Shown here: positions 13,068 through 26,330 of the stretch, piece after piece
How positions within the stretch are numbered: position 1 is the stretch's first letter
Layout of the letters: each line of letters begins with the position of its first letter
Origin: the human T2T-CHM13v2.0 reference genome, Homo sapiens
Strand: one strand, 5' to 3'
DNA length: 64,000 nucleotides
Assembly (NCBI RefSeq): GCF_009914755.1
Contig: NC_060938.1
Notes under the pieces: generated by a model
Told to the model about the DNA's origin: nothing
The model's input: only the letters and a program-made list of their open reading frames with translations
Database searches by the model: none
Made by a program: the position numbers and the translations under genes

Positions 13068-13372
13068 GGCTGGGTGTGGTGGCTTATGCCTGTAATCCCA
13101 GCACTTTGGGAGGCCAAGGCGGTTGGATCATTTGAGGTCAGGAGTTCAAGACCAGCCTGGCCAACATGGCGAAACCTCATCTCTACTAAAAATACAAAAA
13201 TTAGCTGGGTGTGGTGGTGCACACTTGTAATCCCAGCTACTTAGGAGGCTGAGGCAGGAGAATCGCTTGAACCCAGGAGGCGGAGGCTGCAGTGAGCCCA
13301 GATTGCCCCACTGTACTCCAGCCAGGGAGACAGAGTGAGACACCATCTCAAAAAAAAAAAAAAAAAAAAAAA
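13068..13372 (+). mobile_element. AluS
   Basis: Full sense Alu with a long A tail. Degenerate TSD aagcatcagaag / aagccatcagag. Confidence 0.96.
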
Positions 13373-14608
13373 GCCATCAGAGGAGCTACAGTGATGCTGG
13401 TGAGGCAGACATTTCCTGACTCATAGCAGGTTACCTTTGTTTCCTCGTTATAATGAGAAAAAGTTGCCTTCCCTGGACTTCCTCCTATTCATCTTTTTTT
13501 TCCTGTCCTCTTCTTGCTTAGGATGCCAAGGCTGTGACATTTATTTCTGCTCTCTTCCCTTTGAGATATGCTGAAGTCATTTAAAAAAATGTCAGGAATA
13601 AAATGCACTAAATGATGACTGTCTTAGAAAAGACTCCAGTTAAGCTGTGTGCATCCAGAAATGCAACTGTGCTGACCAGTTTCTGCCTCCCTTGCCCTAC
13701 TGATAACATGATGGGAGATGAAGTCGTTTTTCAAAAGTGTTCTGGGTCCAGAGACGTTTGCTCGACACCTGTGCCCTCCATTGGTCTAAAGGCATTAGAG
13801 TTTTTCTCCCACAATATTTGTCTTTGTTATTTTGAATTTATGACACCCTGGTTGTTGGTGTTTTTCTTTGCATTCATACCTGACTCTTGACCTCCAAAAG
13901 AACCAGTACATACATTTTACTTTAAGCTGGGCATTTTTGTAATACTATGCAACCTTGAAAATAATCGCAGTGATATTTTGCTTTTTTATAAGGCCTTCTA
14001 TCCTTCTTTGCTCTTGCATCTCTCTTTCCCCTTTATGACAGTATAGCAGAACATATTTCATTCTTCCCTGAGCCCTCTGCAGAGCAATTTTGTAACTGAT
14101 TTGAGCCATGTTTTTGATGGAGTATCTGCTCTCTGGACCTTTCCATCTCCTGGTTGCAACTGTGAACCACCCTGCCTCCAATAATCTACATCCAAAATGC
14201 TGAGCAGGAGATTTATGGAATTTGTTTGAAGATATTCCCTGAACTCTCTGAAGCTAACTAGTTCCTTTGCAAGTAAGTGGCTGGAAACCTAAAGATCTTG
14301 TGAACTGGGTTCTAGAAGCATGGGATAACAAATGTAAGATTTCAGACTGGAAGTTAAAAGCGAGTTTTCCTCTTGATTCAGTTTCTAACCAGTCAGCTAA
14401 ATGGTCTCTGAATAGTTGTAGCTAATGAGCACCATCCCCCAAACAGTCAATTGTCTTGACTATTAAATACTTAAATCCATGTATTTTCGCTGGAGTGTTT
14501 ATTACTATGTGTTCTTAGGACCATAATTATAAAATGTTAAGTTAGGACGACACAGAATATTTTTCTCTGAGTATTTTTGCCTCTTTCATCAGATAAGATG
14601 AAATTCAT

Positions 14609-14926
14609 TTTTATTTTATTTTACATTATTATGATTATTATTTTGAGATGGAGTCTCACTCTGTTGCTCAAGCTGGAGTGCAGTGCCACGATCTTAGCTC
14701 ACTGCAACTTCTGCCTCCTGGGTTCAAGTGATTCTCTTGCCTCAGCCTCCCAAGTAGCTAGGATTACAGGTGCATGCTACCATGCCCGGCTAATTTTTGT
14801 ATTTTTAGTAGAGACAGGGTTTTGCCATATTGGCCAGGCTGGTTTTGAACTCCTTACCTCAAGTGATCTGCCCGCCTTGGCCTCCCAAAGTGCTGGAATT
14901 ACAGGTATGAGCCACCGCACCTGGCC
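14609..14926 (-). mobile_element. AluS
   Basis: Full antisense Alu with a (TTA)-type tail. Flanks gaaattcat / gaaatgcat. Confidence 0.95.
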
Positions 14927-14949
14927 GAAATGCATATATATATATACTT

Positions 14950-15280
14950 TTTTAATGGAATGCAATGGAATATTGTGAAGTAGTAAAACATGAATAAACT
15001 ATAGATACATACAACATGGGTCAGTCTTACTAATGACTGTGAGTGAAAAAGGAAGCTCCAGAGAAATACGCGTATTATAGCTTGGTTATAAAATTTGGAA
15101 ACTTGCAAACTTCAACAATATACTTTTTTTTTTTTTAAGGAAGAAAACAGACAAAATTCAGAATAGTGGTTATAGTTGGGGTGAGGTGAGCCCATGAGTA
15201 AATACTGGTAATGTTGTAATTTTTGGACTAAATCATGGATTCGCAATTCTTCATTATATTATTAAAACTAAGTTTTAAAA
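14950..15280 (+). mobile_element. Old L1M 3' UTR fragment
   Basis: aatggaatattgtgaagtagtaaaac..atacatacaacatgggtcagtcttac...gagtgaaaaaggaagctccaga. Confidence 0.65.
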
Positions 15281-16024
15281 GACCCACAAATGGGCCAGTG
15301 ATGATAGTTTTTCCAGAATTGATAGCCATCAATTCTGATCATCCAGGATCCTTGGAAATAAATTGCATGGATGAGCTCATTCATCACAAATCTGGGGTCT
15401 TTAAAGTTTCTGCTGTTCCCAGTTCTTTGGATTCATAGCTATGATCCTTAGAGGGCAACAGATCTCTCCCTTCTCATGGCAGAAATAAAGGTCAGATGAG
15501 AATGGGAGAGCCATCAGATAGAGACCACTGTGGAGGAGTTTGCGCTTTGGGCTGAGCAAAGAGAAGACCAGAATCTTTTGGTACCATCTCCTTCTGCATT
15601 TGAGATGAAACTTAGTCTTTTAAAATACATGCAGCCCCAGTCCTCTGTGTTGCCAGTCACCTGAGCTACCTTTGGGGGTAGGGTTTTGATTAAATGGCAC
15701 GCTTTGCTCATGAGTAACCTTCGGGGCACATTTTGTTGGTAAGAAATAAATGCATCACTCATTTGAATCAGAGCTGCAAGTGCCATCTGTGATGCACTCC
15801 TCCTTCCCATTATCACACAAATGTGTTTCTGTGTGACTGGTTCCTGGATTTTGCAGGCTCTCTTGCCTTGCGCCGATTGCTGGCTGAGAGGTCTCAGCTC
15901 AGCGTTCACCACGTATCACTATATTTCTATTAATACTTCTGCTCTTCTTGGCAAAACAGAAGTGGGGCTTCATTTGAAATGATGGGCTGGGGAGAGGGGA
16001 AGGGAACCATCTCACTCATAGTTA

Positions 16025-16700
16025 TTGACATCAAGCTACCATCATCTCTTGTTCGGATAACTATGAGATTTTTCTGCTCCCTTTATGCCCCCGCCCCACC
16101 CCTTCCCAGCCACTTTCTGTCCTCTGCCAGAGTGATCTTGTGAAGGCTTCAATCAGACCAGATCATTCTCCTGCTTAAAAATCCCCCCGTCGTTTCCCGT
16201 TGCTCTTAGAACAACATCCACACTTTTTATCCTGCAGTAGGGGGCTCTCCATGCTCTAGCCCCTGCCTATGTTCCCCTCCTCATCATGCCTTTCTGCCCT
16301 TTGTTCACTATATTCTAGTCACCCTGGCCTTCTTTCTGCTCCTCAGTCACTCCAAGCTCATTCCCTCTGCAAGACCTTGGCATATGCCATTTCCCCTGTC
16401 AAGAACGTTCCTGCTCTAGGTCTTCGCAAAGCTTACATGTTCTCATTGTTCACCGAACAGTCTTCCCTGGCCACCCAATCTAAAGTAGTCCAGCCCCACC
16501 TCGAAGGACACTGTCTCATTGCACCTTTTATTATCATCACTGCATTTACCATTCTCTGAAATTATTCTATTCACTTGTGTGTTTATGGCTGTCCTGATTA
16601 GAATTAATTTTCATAAAGAGAACAAGAATCTTGACTGGTTCACCCTTCAATTCCTTGTGCCCACAACAGTGACTGGCACATGGAAAGCATTCAGGGAATA
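16025..16700 (+). mobile_element. L2 3' fragment
   Basis: caagctaccatcatctctt...atcagaccagatcattctcctgcttaaaa...ccctggccttctttctgctcctc...cacaacagtgactggcacatgg. Confidence 0.8.
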
Positions 16701-17553
16701 AAAGCACAATGGAAAATTAAAACATACTCACTGCATGCCTGCCACCTATAGAACCAAATTAAATCACTGCCAATATGCATGGGGAAAACCTTCCCATTTT
16801 TCTGGAATAATGTTACAAAGGATGGAAAATAAGTGCACATCACCTGGATGGCATTTAATAAACGCTGTGACCCAGTAGTGTACATTTCAGTGAATATTGC
16901 CAAAGGAAGTAGGCCAACATCAGGTAATCTGAGTTAACTTTCCTGTACATTGTGTATTCGTTTCCTGATGATCAAAACTGGATTAATTAGTCTACAATGT
17001 ATCTTTCCTGTTAGATACGAAGATTATCTGCTCTATCCAATTTGTGTTTTCTTAGCTGAGAAATCACTGTTGAATTTTAAAAGCAGCTTGCCTGGTCCTC
17101 ATTTCCTGGTCTTCTGATGGAAATGGTTTATGGAAAAAAAAATATTTACTAGAGTCAGATAATTAGAACATTTTATGTATTTTGCATATGCTAATGCGTT
17201 TGAGTTCCTTTGAGGGAGAGCCGCATGGCATAAAGCAGAATGAAAAGGATGATTCAAATTTCTTCACCCAGCCTCCTCCCCTGGCCAGATTTAGCACTTC
17301 CTATATACCACCACCTCACAGCTTAGCTTGGCTGGGAGCTCCTCAGGTTTCCAAAGGACGGTCCTTCCTTCTCCCTCCCCCAATTGCCATCCCTACACCA
17401 GGGTGCCAACTCCCAAGTGGGCTGACAGGAAGGGAGATTGGAAACAGCTTTATAGTAGATTTGATGCTGTTATAAGACACGTTGTAAGACATCAGGTAAA
17501 TATAGCACATCAGATTTTATTAATCATAAGAATTCTTTAAAAGCCTTCAGCAG

Positions 17554-17626
17554 AGCCGAGATCATGCCACTGCACTCCAGCCCGGGTGACAGAGCAAGAC
17601 TCCATCTCAAAAAAAAAAAAAAAAAT
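17554..17626 (+). mobile_element. Severely 5'-truncated Alu (last ~55 bp plus A tail)
   Basis: agccgagatcatgccactgcactccagcccgggtgacagagcaagactccatctc(A)n. TSD aaagccttca(g/a)cag at 17540-17553 and 17627-17640. Confidence 0.92.
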
Positions 17627-17755
17627 AAAGCCTTCAACAGTGGCTAAACACAAAACCAGAATCCCTTTAGATTTCTTAAAATGCCTTTGTAGTTCTTTTG
17701 TAATATGGGTCCTTGTTGGACAAAGTTAGTAATTTGTTTTTTATATCCTTTACAT

Positions 17756-18157
17756 TAGGGGTTTCTAACCCCCAGGCCATGGACCAGTACCGGTCCCTGG
17801 CCTGTTAGAAGCCGAGTGGCACAGCCGGAGGTGAGCAGCAGTTGAGCGAGCGTTACTGCCTGAGCTCCGTCCACCTCCTGTCAGATCAGCAGCAGCATTG
17901 GAGTCTCACAGGAGCGTGAACCCTATTGTGAACTGCACATGCGAGGGATCTAGGTTACCTGCTCCTTATGAGAATCTAATGCCTGGTGGTCTGTCCCTGT
18001 CTCCCATCACCCCCAGAAATAAAGTTTCTATGATTACAATAAATGTAACACACTTGAATTATTCATCCCAAAATGGTCTCTCCCGACTCCCCACTATCCA
18101 TGGACAAATCGTATTCCATAAAACCAGTCCCTGGTGCCAAAAAGGTTGGAGACTGCT
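17756..18157. mobile_element. MER1A-like hAT-Charlie transposon with an internal deletion
   Basis: ccccaggccatggaccagtaccggtccctggcctgttag...gtgaactgcacatgcgagggatctaggtt...aaaccagtccctggtgccaaaaaggttggagactgc. Opposite orientation to the MER1B at 11.6 kb. Confidence 0.85.
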
Positions 18158-19489
18158 TCTTTTAATGATCATGTTCACATACGGACAGTGAAAAGGTGGG
18201 TCTTCTTAGAGGTTAAAGGGAAAGTAGGACAGTTGCCACAAAGCTCCCTTTTTGGAGAGTGCCCAGCCAGGGAGTGTTACTAGGGCCCACCTTGGCCTTG
18301 CTGATGTCTTCAGTGGTGTCCTTGAAGTCAGCATGGGATTGGCGCAGGCTCCTGTTGGGGCACTCGGTGAAGGTCCTCCCTCCTCCCCAGTAGCTCTCAT
18401 TTCCAGGGCCCTTATTTTCTTTTGGCCATCTGGGACTGAAGTCTTGCTCCTGGTGGGCTATCTCTGTTGCCCTATCACCTTTAGTGATTTCCACTAAATA
18501 ACCCTCTTTTAAGCATTTAGGGGAAGAGGGAGTAGCATGAACGTTTATTGTGCAGTGGGGTGAGAAAGTCAGTACCAGTTTCAACACGCCCTCCAGCTGC
18601 CTTCCTCCAGGGAGGGGACTTCACACTGGCTGTCTCCACAGATCTGCAGTGCCCTTGCCATAGCTCCAACTCCTGGCCTTCTCCCACTCCCCGCTGCCTG
18701 CTGGCACATAGAGCCCTTGGGCCATTCTCTGTGTGGTATTGGCCCCTGCCTTTGCTTATGCTCTCTGCTGTAAGCAGCTAGGCTTAGACTTCCCTAAGAG
18801 GAGTCCCGGACACCACTGAGGATGCATTTTCCCTTCCTCACGTGAAGAGAGCATTAGGTGCCCTTAGCTTTGGAGGGAGTGGAGCTTTGGAGCCTGGAGA
18901 CAGGGGACCAGGACCAGATTACCCAGCCTCCCTAGATTCTGCTGAACTCATCTTTCAGTAAAGAGGCCAGATGAGCTGAGCTCCACTTCTCTCTGGCTCC
19001 ATGTTCCTGTGACTTTTGACTCATCTGAGGTTGACTTTGAGAAGGCAATCCCTTTTAAATATATTGGAATCCATGTAGTATGACCCTATCCACTGTGGAA
19101 TCTTACTCCATTTTACTTTAAAGAGAATGTAAATGGTTTGGCTGCACATCACTATGAAAATGGCCTAAGTAAGCAGAACGGAGAAGCTGCCAGGAGAGCA
19201 GAGGTGGAGAGTGGAAGGGGCCAAGCCGGTTCTAAATCGTTTTCTGCAGGCTCCTGTCCTCAGATGTACTCACTTCATGGGAACCAAATCACATTTAACT
19301 GCTCTCCAGCTCTTAAAACAGGATAACTTGAGCCATCTGATATTTGAGAAGAATACAGCAACCCAGAAGATGTATTAATACTCTATTCTCTAATTTTCCA
19401 GAATAAGTCAGATCATTGACAAATGACATACTTGGGCTGTATTACCTTCCTACAGAAAGACTTTCACTAGGTTTAGTAATTAGCTATAG

Positions 19490-19786
<297 letters not shown>

Positions 19787-19845
19787 AGCTTATGTCTTTT
19801 TGAAGGATGGCTATGGGAAAAGTCCACTTGAAGGATGTTTTGTCA

Positions 19846-20217
<372 letters not shown>

Positions 20218-20529
20218 TAACAGTTTTAGATTTACAGAGCAGTTGCAAAGATAGTTCAAGGAGTTCCTGTATTCTCTGCATCCAGTTTCCCCTATTATTA
20301 GCACCTTAAAATAGAATAGTACATTGGTTACAATGAACAAACCAATGTTGATAAAGTATGTCAACTGAAGTCCATACGTTTTTCATTTTTCCTAGTTTTT
20401 ACCTAGTTTCCTTTTTCTATTCCAAGATCCCATACCATATTACTTATAGTTGTTGGGTCTCTGGATCCTCCACAGCAATTTCTTAGACTTGCCTTGTTTC
20501 CATTATGAAACACTTCAGACATACCAAAA

Positions 20530-20557
<28 letters not shown>
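20530..20557. repeat. (GT)14 microsatellite
   Basis: Perfect dinucleotide run. Confidence 0.97.
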
Positions 20558-20560
<3 letters not shown>

Positions 20561-20748
20561 AAGAATACCAATATAACCAGCATTCAGCCCTGGAAGCAGA
20601 ACATGACCAACATGATTGAAGCCTCATGTATATCCCTCTTGATCTCTTTCTCCTTCCCTCTTCAAGGACGACCAATATCTTAAATTTGGTGCTTTTGTCC
20701 CAGGCATGTTTTGAAACGACTATATGTAGTGTTGCTTTGCATATTTTA

Positions 20749-21039
20749 TTTTATCGAGACAGGATCTCACTCTGTCACCCAGGCTGGAATGCAGTGGTGT
20801 GATCATGGCTCACTGCAGCCTCTACCTCCCCGGGCTCAAGTGATCCTCCTACCTCAGCCTCTTGAGTAGCTGGGACTAAAGGTGCATGCCACCACGCCCA
20901 CCTAATTTTGAAAAAAATTTTCTACATATGAGGTTTCACATGTCGACCAGGGTGGTCTTGAACTCCTGGGTTCAAGTGGTCCTCCCTCCTTGGCCTCCTA
21001 AAGTGCTGGCACTACAGCAGTGAGCCACTGCCCCCAGCC
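20749..21039 (-). mobile_element. AluJ
   Basis: Antisense J-type Alu. TSD tgctttgca(t/c)atttta at 20733-20748 and 21040-21055. Confidence 0.93.
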
Positions 21040-21339
21040 TGCTTTGCACATTTTAAAACAATATAAGTATTATAAGCATTGCTCTACAGTTTGCTTTTTT
21101 CCCCCCACATAACATGTTTTAATCTGCATTGCTCTAATGTATCTAGTTTCTAAGTCAGACTCTGTTGTATGAATCCCCTCTCTTGTTGATGGATATCTAG
21201 GTGTTTTCCTTTCTGTTGCTGTCATGGTCATTGCAAACAGTGCTGAACAGACACCTTTACAAGTCACCTTATGCACGTGAGCAAGCATTCTACTTGGGGA
21301 GAGGAATTTTGGGGTTTCAAATTTTATCCTTAACAAAGC

Positions 21340-21580
21340 AGTTTATTCATTCATTCAGTAAATATTGATTGACTATGTAAAAACTGAGCCAGGTTCTAGA
21401 GGTAAACAGAACAGAAATAATCCTTCATTTATCATGAGTTTACAATCTAATTGGGAAAATGAACATTAAAGAAGTAATTAAAGATATGTATGTACTATAC
21501 AGCTGTATCATAAAAATAAAGAACAATGTATTGTGTGCCATGAAAAAAATATAAGGCTTATTAAGGGATGTTTCTTAATG
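21340..21580 (-). mobile_element. L2 3' end
   Basis: ttattcattcattcagtaaatattgattgactatgt...gagtttacaatctaattgggaaa. Confidence 0.65.
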
Positions 21581-22719
21581 TTTCTTGTATCATAAATTAC
21601 CTAAAGAATTTCTGGACAGGAAAATGCTACTCTCCTACTGAATTTATGTGCTTTCTTTATCGAACAATGGAAGCAATGTAAAGCAAAGTGTTTCTTTTTT
21701 GCCTTAGCTACTAGGAGTAGCTCTCATGTAGATGCTGTGCCCAGCTGCAGTGCCTGGAACAGCCCAGCTACATTTAGTATGTTTATATTTTGGCTTTTTA
21801 AATAAATGGTTTTCATATTGTTCTATGTCTTGTTTTGCATGCTGAATCATTTTGAATGTAAATGAGGTATAGCTCTTGGAGAGAGGACAAGATATCATTG
21901 ATAAGTGGTTGGTGACCCCCACTTTTCTTTTCAGAGACAAATGACCTTGCTTTTACTTGGTCTTGCTGTATTTATATAGGGATCTTACTGTATTTGCATG
22001 CTTGCTTAATTTCAATATAAATTTATGAAATTTATTATCCATCAAGAGTCAATTTGTCCTCTAAATATTTCACTTAGATGATGATTTTTTTTAATCACCA
22101 CCAACACATACACAAACAGAACTCCTTAGCAATTCCATTTGGCTGTACTGCTATCTTTAGGAACATTTATCTTGCTTTAACTCCTCTCTTTTTTACAGAC
22201 ATTTAGTTTTCTGTGACATTGTTTACTTTCGTTATACCTTAATTATGGGATTCTGATAACCATGGAGGAGTAGGAGAGACAATAAATGGGGTTTTGTGGG
22301 TGATTAAATGCTAAAGCAAAGCTGAGATCTTTGATAAGCACAACAGTTGTTTCTGCCAGTATATTCCAAAGGCAAGACTATTCTTGCAATTACACAACAA
22401 GCAAGGGGGGAGAAACACCTCCCACAAATCACTCTGATATGTTTCTTAACCACTGTGCTTTTGAAAGCCTAATGCTCTTTCTTCTGATGTTTTTTTGACT
22501 GTCAGCCTGAGTAGTTGGCTCTTCCTTGGTACGAGGCTATTTAAATGACAGGTCCTTTCTCAGTGTGAATGTGTCAGCTATCTAAATGAGTGGTTGAAAA
22601 TGTACCTCCGCATCAGCCATGTGGACCACGGCATGGTCTGAAGAAAATTATGTTTGAGCAGCTATGATTGAGCTCAATTTTGCAAAAGCTTACTGAGTTT
22701 TAACAAATAATTTAGCCCT

Positions 22720-23205
22720 ATCAAGCAGAAGTGCATTTGGCTGCAGGTAATAGAAAACTGAATCATTGGTGGTTTTAGCAAGTAGGTTTTCTTTTTCTCA
22801 CATGACACAGATTGGCAATACTGTCAGAGACCCAGTTTCTTTTGTGCTTTCTGCTCTATTTTTTGTAGTCTTTCAGCCTTTATCGTTGGGCTTATTGTCT
22901 CAGGGTTGCAAAATGACTGGTCTGACTGCAGATTTTCTAGGAGGGAAGTGCAAAGTGGTGGTGCTGGCCACAGCTTTCCTTCTTTGTCAGGACAGCAAAA
23001 GTTTCATCGGAACTCCCCAGTGGACTTGCTCTCTTAATTCAAAATGGCTGTAACAGTGTCACGTTGGCTGCACCTGTTTCAAAGAAAGTTCAGAAAATTG
23101 GGTATTTCACAGACACATTAAGATTTCAAACAAAGACGAGAGCATTCACAAGGAACAGAGAGGGAACGTATGTGGATGGGGCAAGTAACTGCCAGTCATC
23201 AGCCT
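22720..23205 (-). mobile_element. Old MLT1 (J/K/L-like) MaLR LTR
   Basis: gcatttggctgcaggtaatagaaaactg...ctgtcagagacccagtttctttt...ctcagggttgcaaaatgactg. Confidence 0.6.
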
Positions 23206-23454
23206 GTTATGTACTGTACACATAGAGTTTTGCTGTGCAGCAGCAAATATAAAAATGAATGTCATCACCATGAAAGTGGAAAACCGTATTTCAATGTCAT
23301 GCAAATGCCATAATTGAAATGAAAAGATAGGAAATGCTGGTGCATTGTCTACATTAATGTATTTGGTTGTTGACTTTATTGCATAAAAAGTATCAGTGGG
23401 GACGAGATAGTTTTGCTTTGTTTCAGAAGATTTTGCTTTTGTTTTTCCCAGCTA

Positions 23455-23800
<346 letters not shown>

Positions 23801-24059
23801 CACACAGATGTATGAAATAGAGCTTATTAATTCTGTATATATTCACAGAAAACGCATACTTTTATGCCTTGATTATCTTTAGGTGATCATGGGGAACAGG
23901 AGCCCAAAGATAATTAACAACTGTGCTAAAACAACAAAACCTCAATTGGGCTACAAATGTCAATATCATGTACACAGGTGGAAAAGACTCTTCTTTGATT
24001 TCATATTTTTCTTTTATTTCCTTGGCATCCCTGTTCTGGTTATGTCTTGCTGTGTACTC

Positions 24060-24391
24060 TAGACATAGGTTTTGTGGGTTGACTGAGCTCAGCCGGGTGG
24101 TTCTCACTGGGGTCTCTTATGCCCTGGCTCTTAAATGGCAGCTGGGGCTCCTACACATGGCATCTCCATATGGCTTAGGCTTGTCACAGTCTGGTGGCTG
24201 GGTTCTGAGGCTGAAGTTTCCAAGAGACCAGGGGGGCTGCTGCAAAGCTTTTAACCTGAGCTTGCAAGTCATGAAGCATCCACTTTCCGTTGGTTGTGCT
24301 GGACAGCCCAGATGAAGGGGCAAGTTCCCAAGGACGTGGATACCTAGAGGCATGGTTCATTAGGGACCAACTTTGGAGACAAACAACCACA
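24060..24391 (-). mobile_element. MLT1 (H/I-like) MaLR LTR fragment
   Basis: ctgagctcagccgggtggttctcactggggtctc...ggcttaggcttgtcacag...catggttcattagggaccaactttggagac..caaccaca. Confidence 0.65.
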
Positions 24392-26059
24392 GTCTCCTTC
24401 CTTCTCTTCCCTTGGGGATTGAAAGGGTTATCAAAAGCTGGCCAGAAAGAGAAGCAAAGGGTGAGGATACCGCTGCTGCAGCACGTCTGTAGTAGGGAAT
24501 GAACCCAGAATGTGAAGAGTTGCCATTCTAGTACCCTCGAGTGTCCTTTTCATGCCATTGGAAACTTGACAATAGTAATTGGGAGTGAGTTGAAATCTTC
24601 AGCTTTCTACCTTTGTATTGTCCTTTCAGAGCAAAAAGAAGTAAACATTAACTTAAAAAATGCTTTTGATATTAATAGTTACAAACAAAAAACAAAACAT
24701 GCAACAATTCCAAGCTCAAATCAAAACCAACACTGAGCTTTGAGGTGCAATTTCTATTCTATGTGTGTGGCCATCTCCTCTTGTGTTAGTGGCTGAGCAG
24801 AGAATGCTCCATTCCAAAATAAATAGAATTAATTTTCTTAACAGCATCTTTCTTTGTGCCAAGAACACAGGGTTACAGGAAGCACATCTGAATGTACCAT
24901 TGGCAGGTTAAATCATTCTCTTTACTTTGGTCTTTGGTGGGTTTTTATGTTTGTTGCTTTTCATCTGAATGAATGGCAATAGAGCAAGTTTTAAAAATCC
25001 TTAGGGATCTCCAGAGATTCCTGTCTTGCTAAGAAACAGGAAGGCCGCAATTAGCAGAGACCAAGAATGAAGAGGAGGAGAAGGGGGCGGGTGTCTTTGT
25101 TGCTGTAAACTACTAGTTTTCACCATTCTGCACCTTGGGCTGTGTTGCTGCTGCTACCTGGAACACCCTTCCTCCCCCTCCTCTGCCGGGAAGACTCCCA
25201 CTTAGCCCAGATGCAGCCCAGCTGCTGGCTTCTGCATGCAGCCCACCTCTTCTTGCTGGACAGGGTGGCGTCTTGTCCCCCACACCCACAATTCCTGTGC
25301 CTATCACTTTGTCTCTGTATTCCTTCCTCAGATTGTAGCTCCTTAGTGGCAGGGACCAGCTCTTAGCCTGATATCATCAGCCAAGCAACGTGTAGGATGC
25401 AGAGGTTTGGCAAAACTTTGAAAGCGGGAATGTATAGTCAACTATGTCGATGTCTGGGTCATTTTTCCAATGTCTGGTAGCAATTGTGTTAGGTGGCTTA
25501 TACCTCTCCTGGACCCACACATAGCAAATTCTAAAAATAACAAACTGGACCATATAAGCTTTTCCAAAAGCCTGGGGTGGGGGAGATGTTATAATATCCT
25601 GACATAGCTGTGCTGTTGTTCATTTCACCTCTGTCACCTAGAGCAACCCCCTCCATGTTTTCCAAAACCGCCCCCATCCTCGGGGTCTGGTTTGGGACCC
25701 CTGTCCTCCTGGAGGTCCTCTTTGAACCCTCTGGACCCTTCTCTCAGAGCCCTCTGGTACCTTGATGTCACAGCATTTCCTGTAATTTCATTTCCCTGGC
25801 CTCTTGGCTAAGATAATAGGCTCCTGTCCTTGCTTTTTCTCTGTCCCCTGAAAGGGGTGAAGTCGTGTGGACATGTGGCAGGTGCCACTATTGTTTATCT
25901 GCTGAACACTAGCACTCCCCGTGCCTTCATGCCATCAGGCAGGGGGCATTTGTTCTTTTGACGGTGTGGACAGGGGCAGAGTTTAGTGGCATTGTTCTTT
26001 TTTAGCTTAATGAGCACGAACTGTCAGAGCTTGGACCAAATTTTTCTTGCAGATATATT

Positions 26060-26330
26060 TTGATTGACAGGCACAGGATTTTTGGAGATAATTGAAAGAG
26101 TTGCCAACATTTATCAGGAGACTGTACATAAAAATACAGAGTTCCAGTTTCCCTCAAAAATTTGGAAGTTTTGGCAAAATTGAGTCCCAATTACCAAAAA
26201 TTGCTTCTAACCAAGCAGTAACTATTCCCTTCACACAGAATGAGCCTCCCTTCCCTCATTTCCTGTAAAATGGTACTGCATGTTCTCCTCTTTCATTTGT
26301 GTCACCTGCCTCATTGGTGGGTAAGTTGTT
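26060..26330. mobile_element. Old hAT-Charlie relic (MER103-like)
   Basis: agttgccaacattt..ggagactgtacataaaaatacagagttccagtttccctcaaaaatttggaagttttggcaa. Confidence 0.45.

Noticed and set aside
13612-13680. C/D-box snoRNA-like ATGATGA...CTGA (also near 51438-51550)
   Set aside because: No convincing terminal stem, D'/C' boxes or recognisable rRNA-complementary guide.
14577-14978. 133-aa ORF and similar ORFs at 19882, 44162, 50470 and 59884
   Set aside because: Typical antisense-Alu translations (LECSG..AHCNL..PGSSDS.ASAS), not genes.
18206-18781. Overlapping ORFs on both strands
   Set aside because: Locally GC-richer DNA lowers stop frequency. No splice-bounded frame or known motif.
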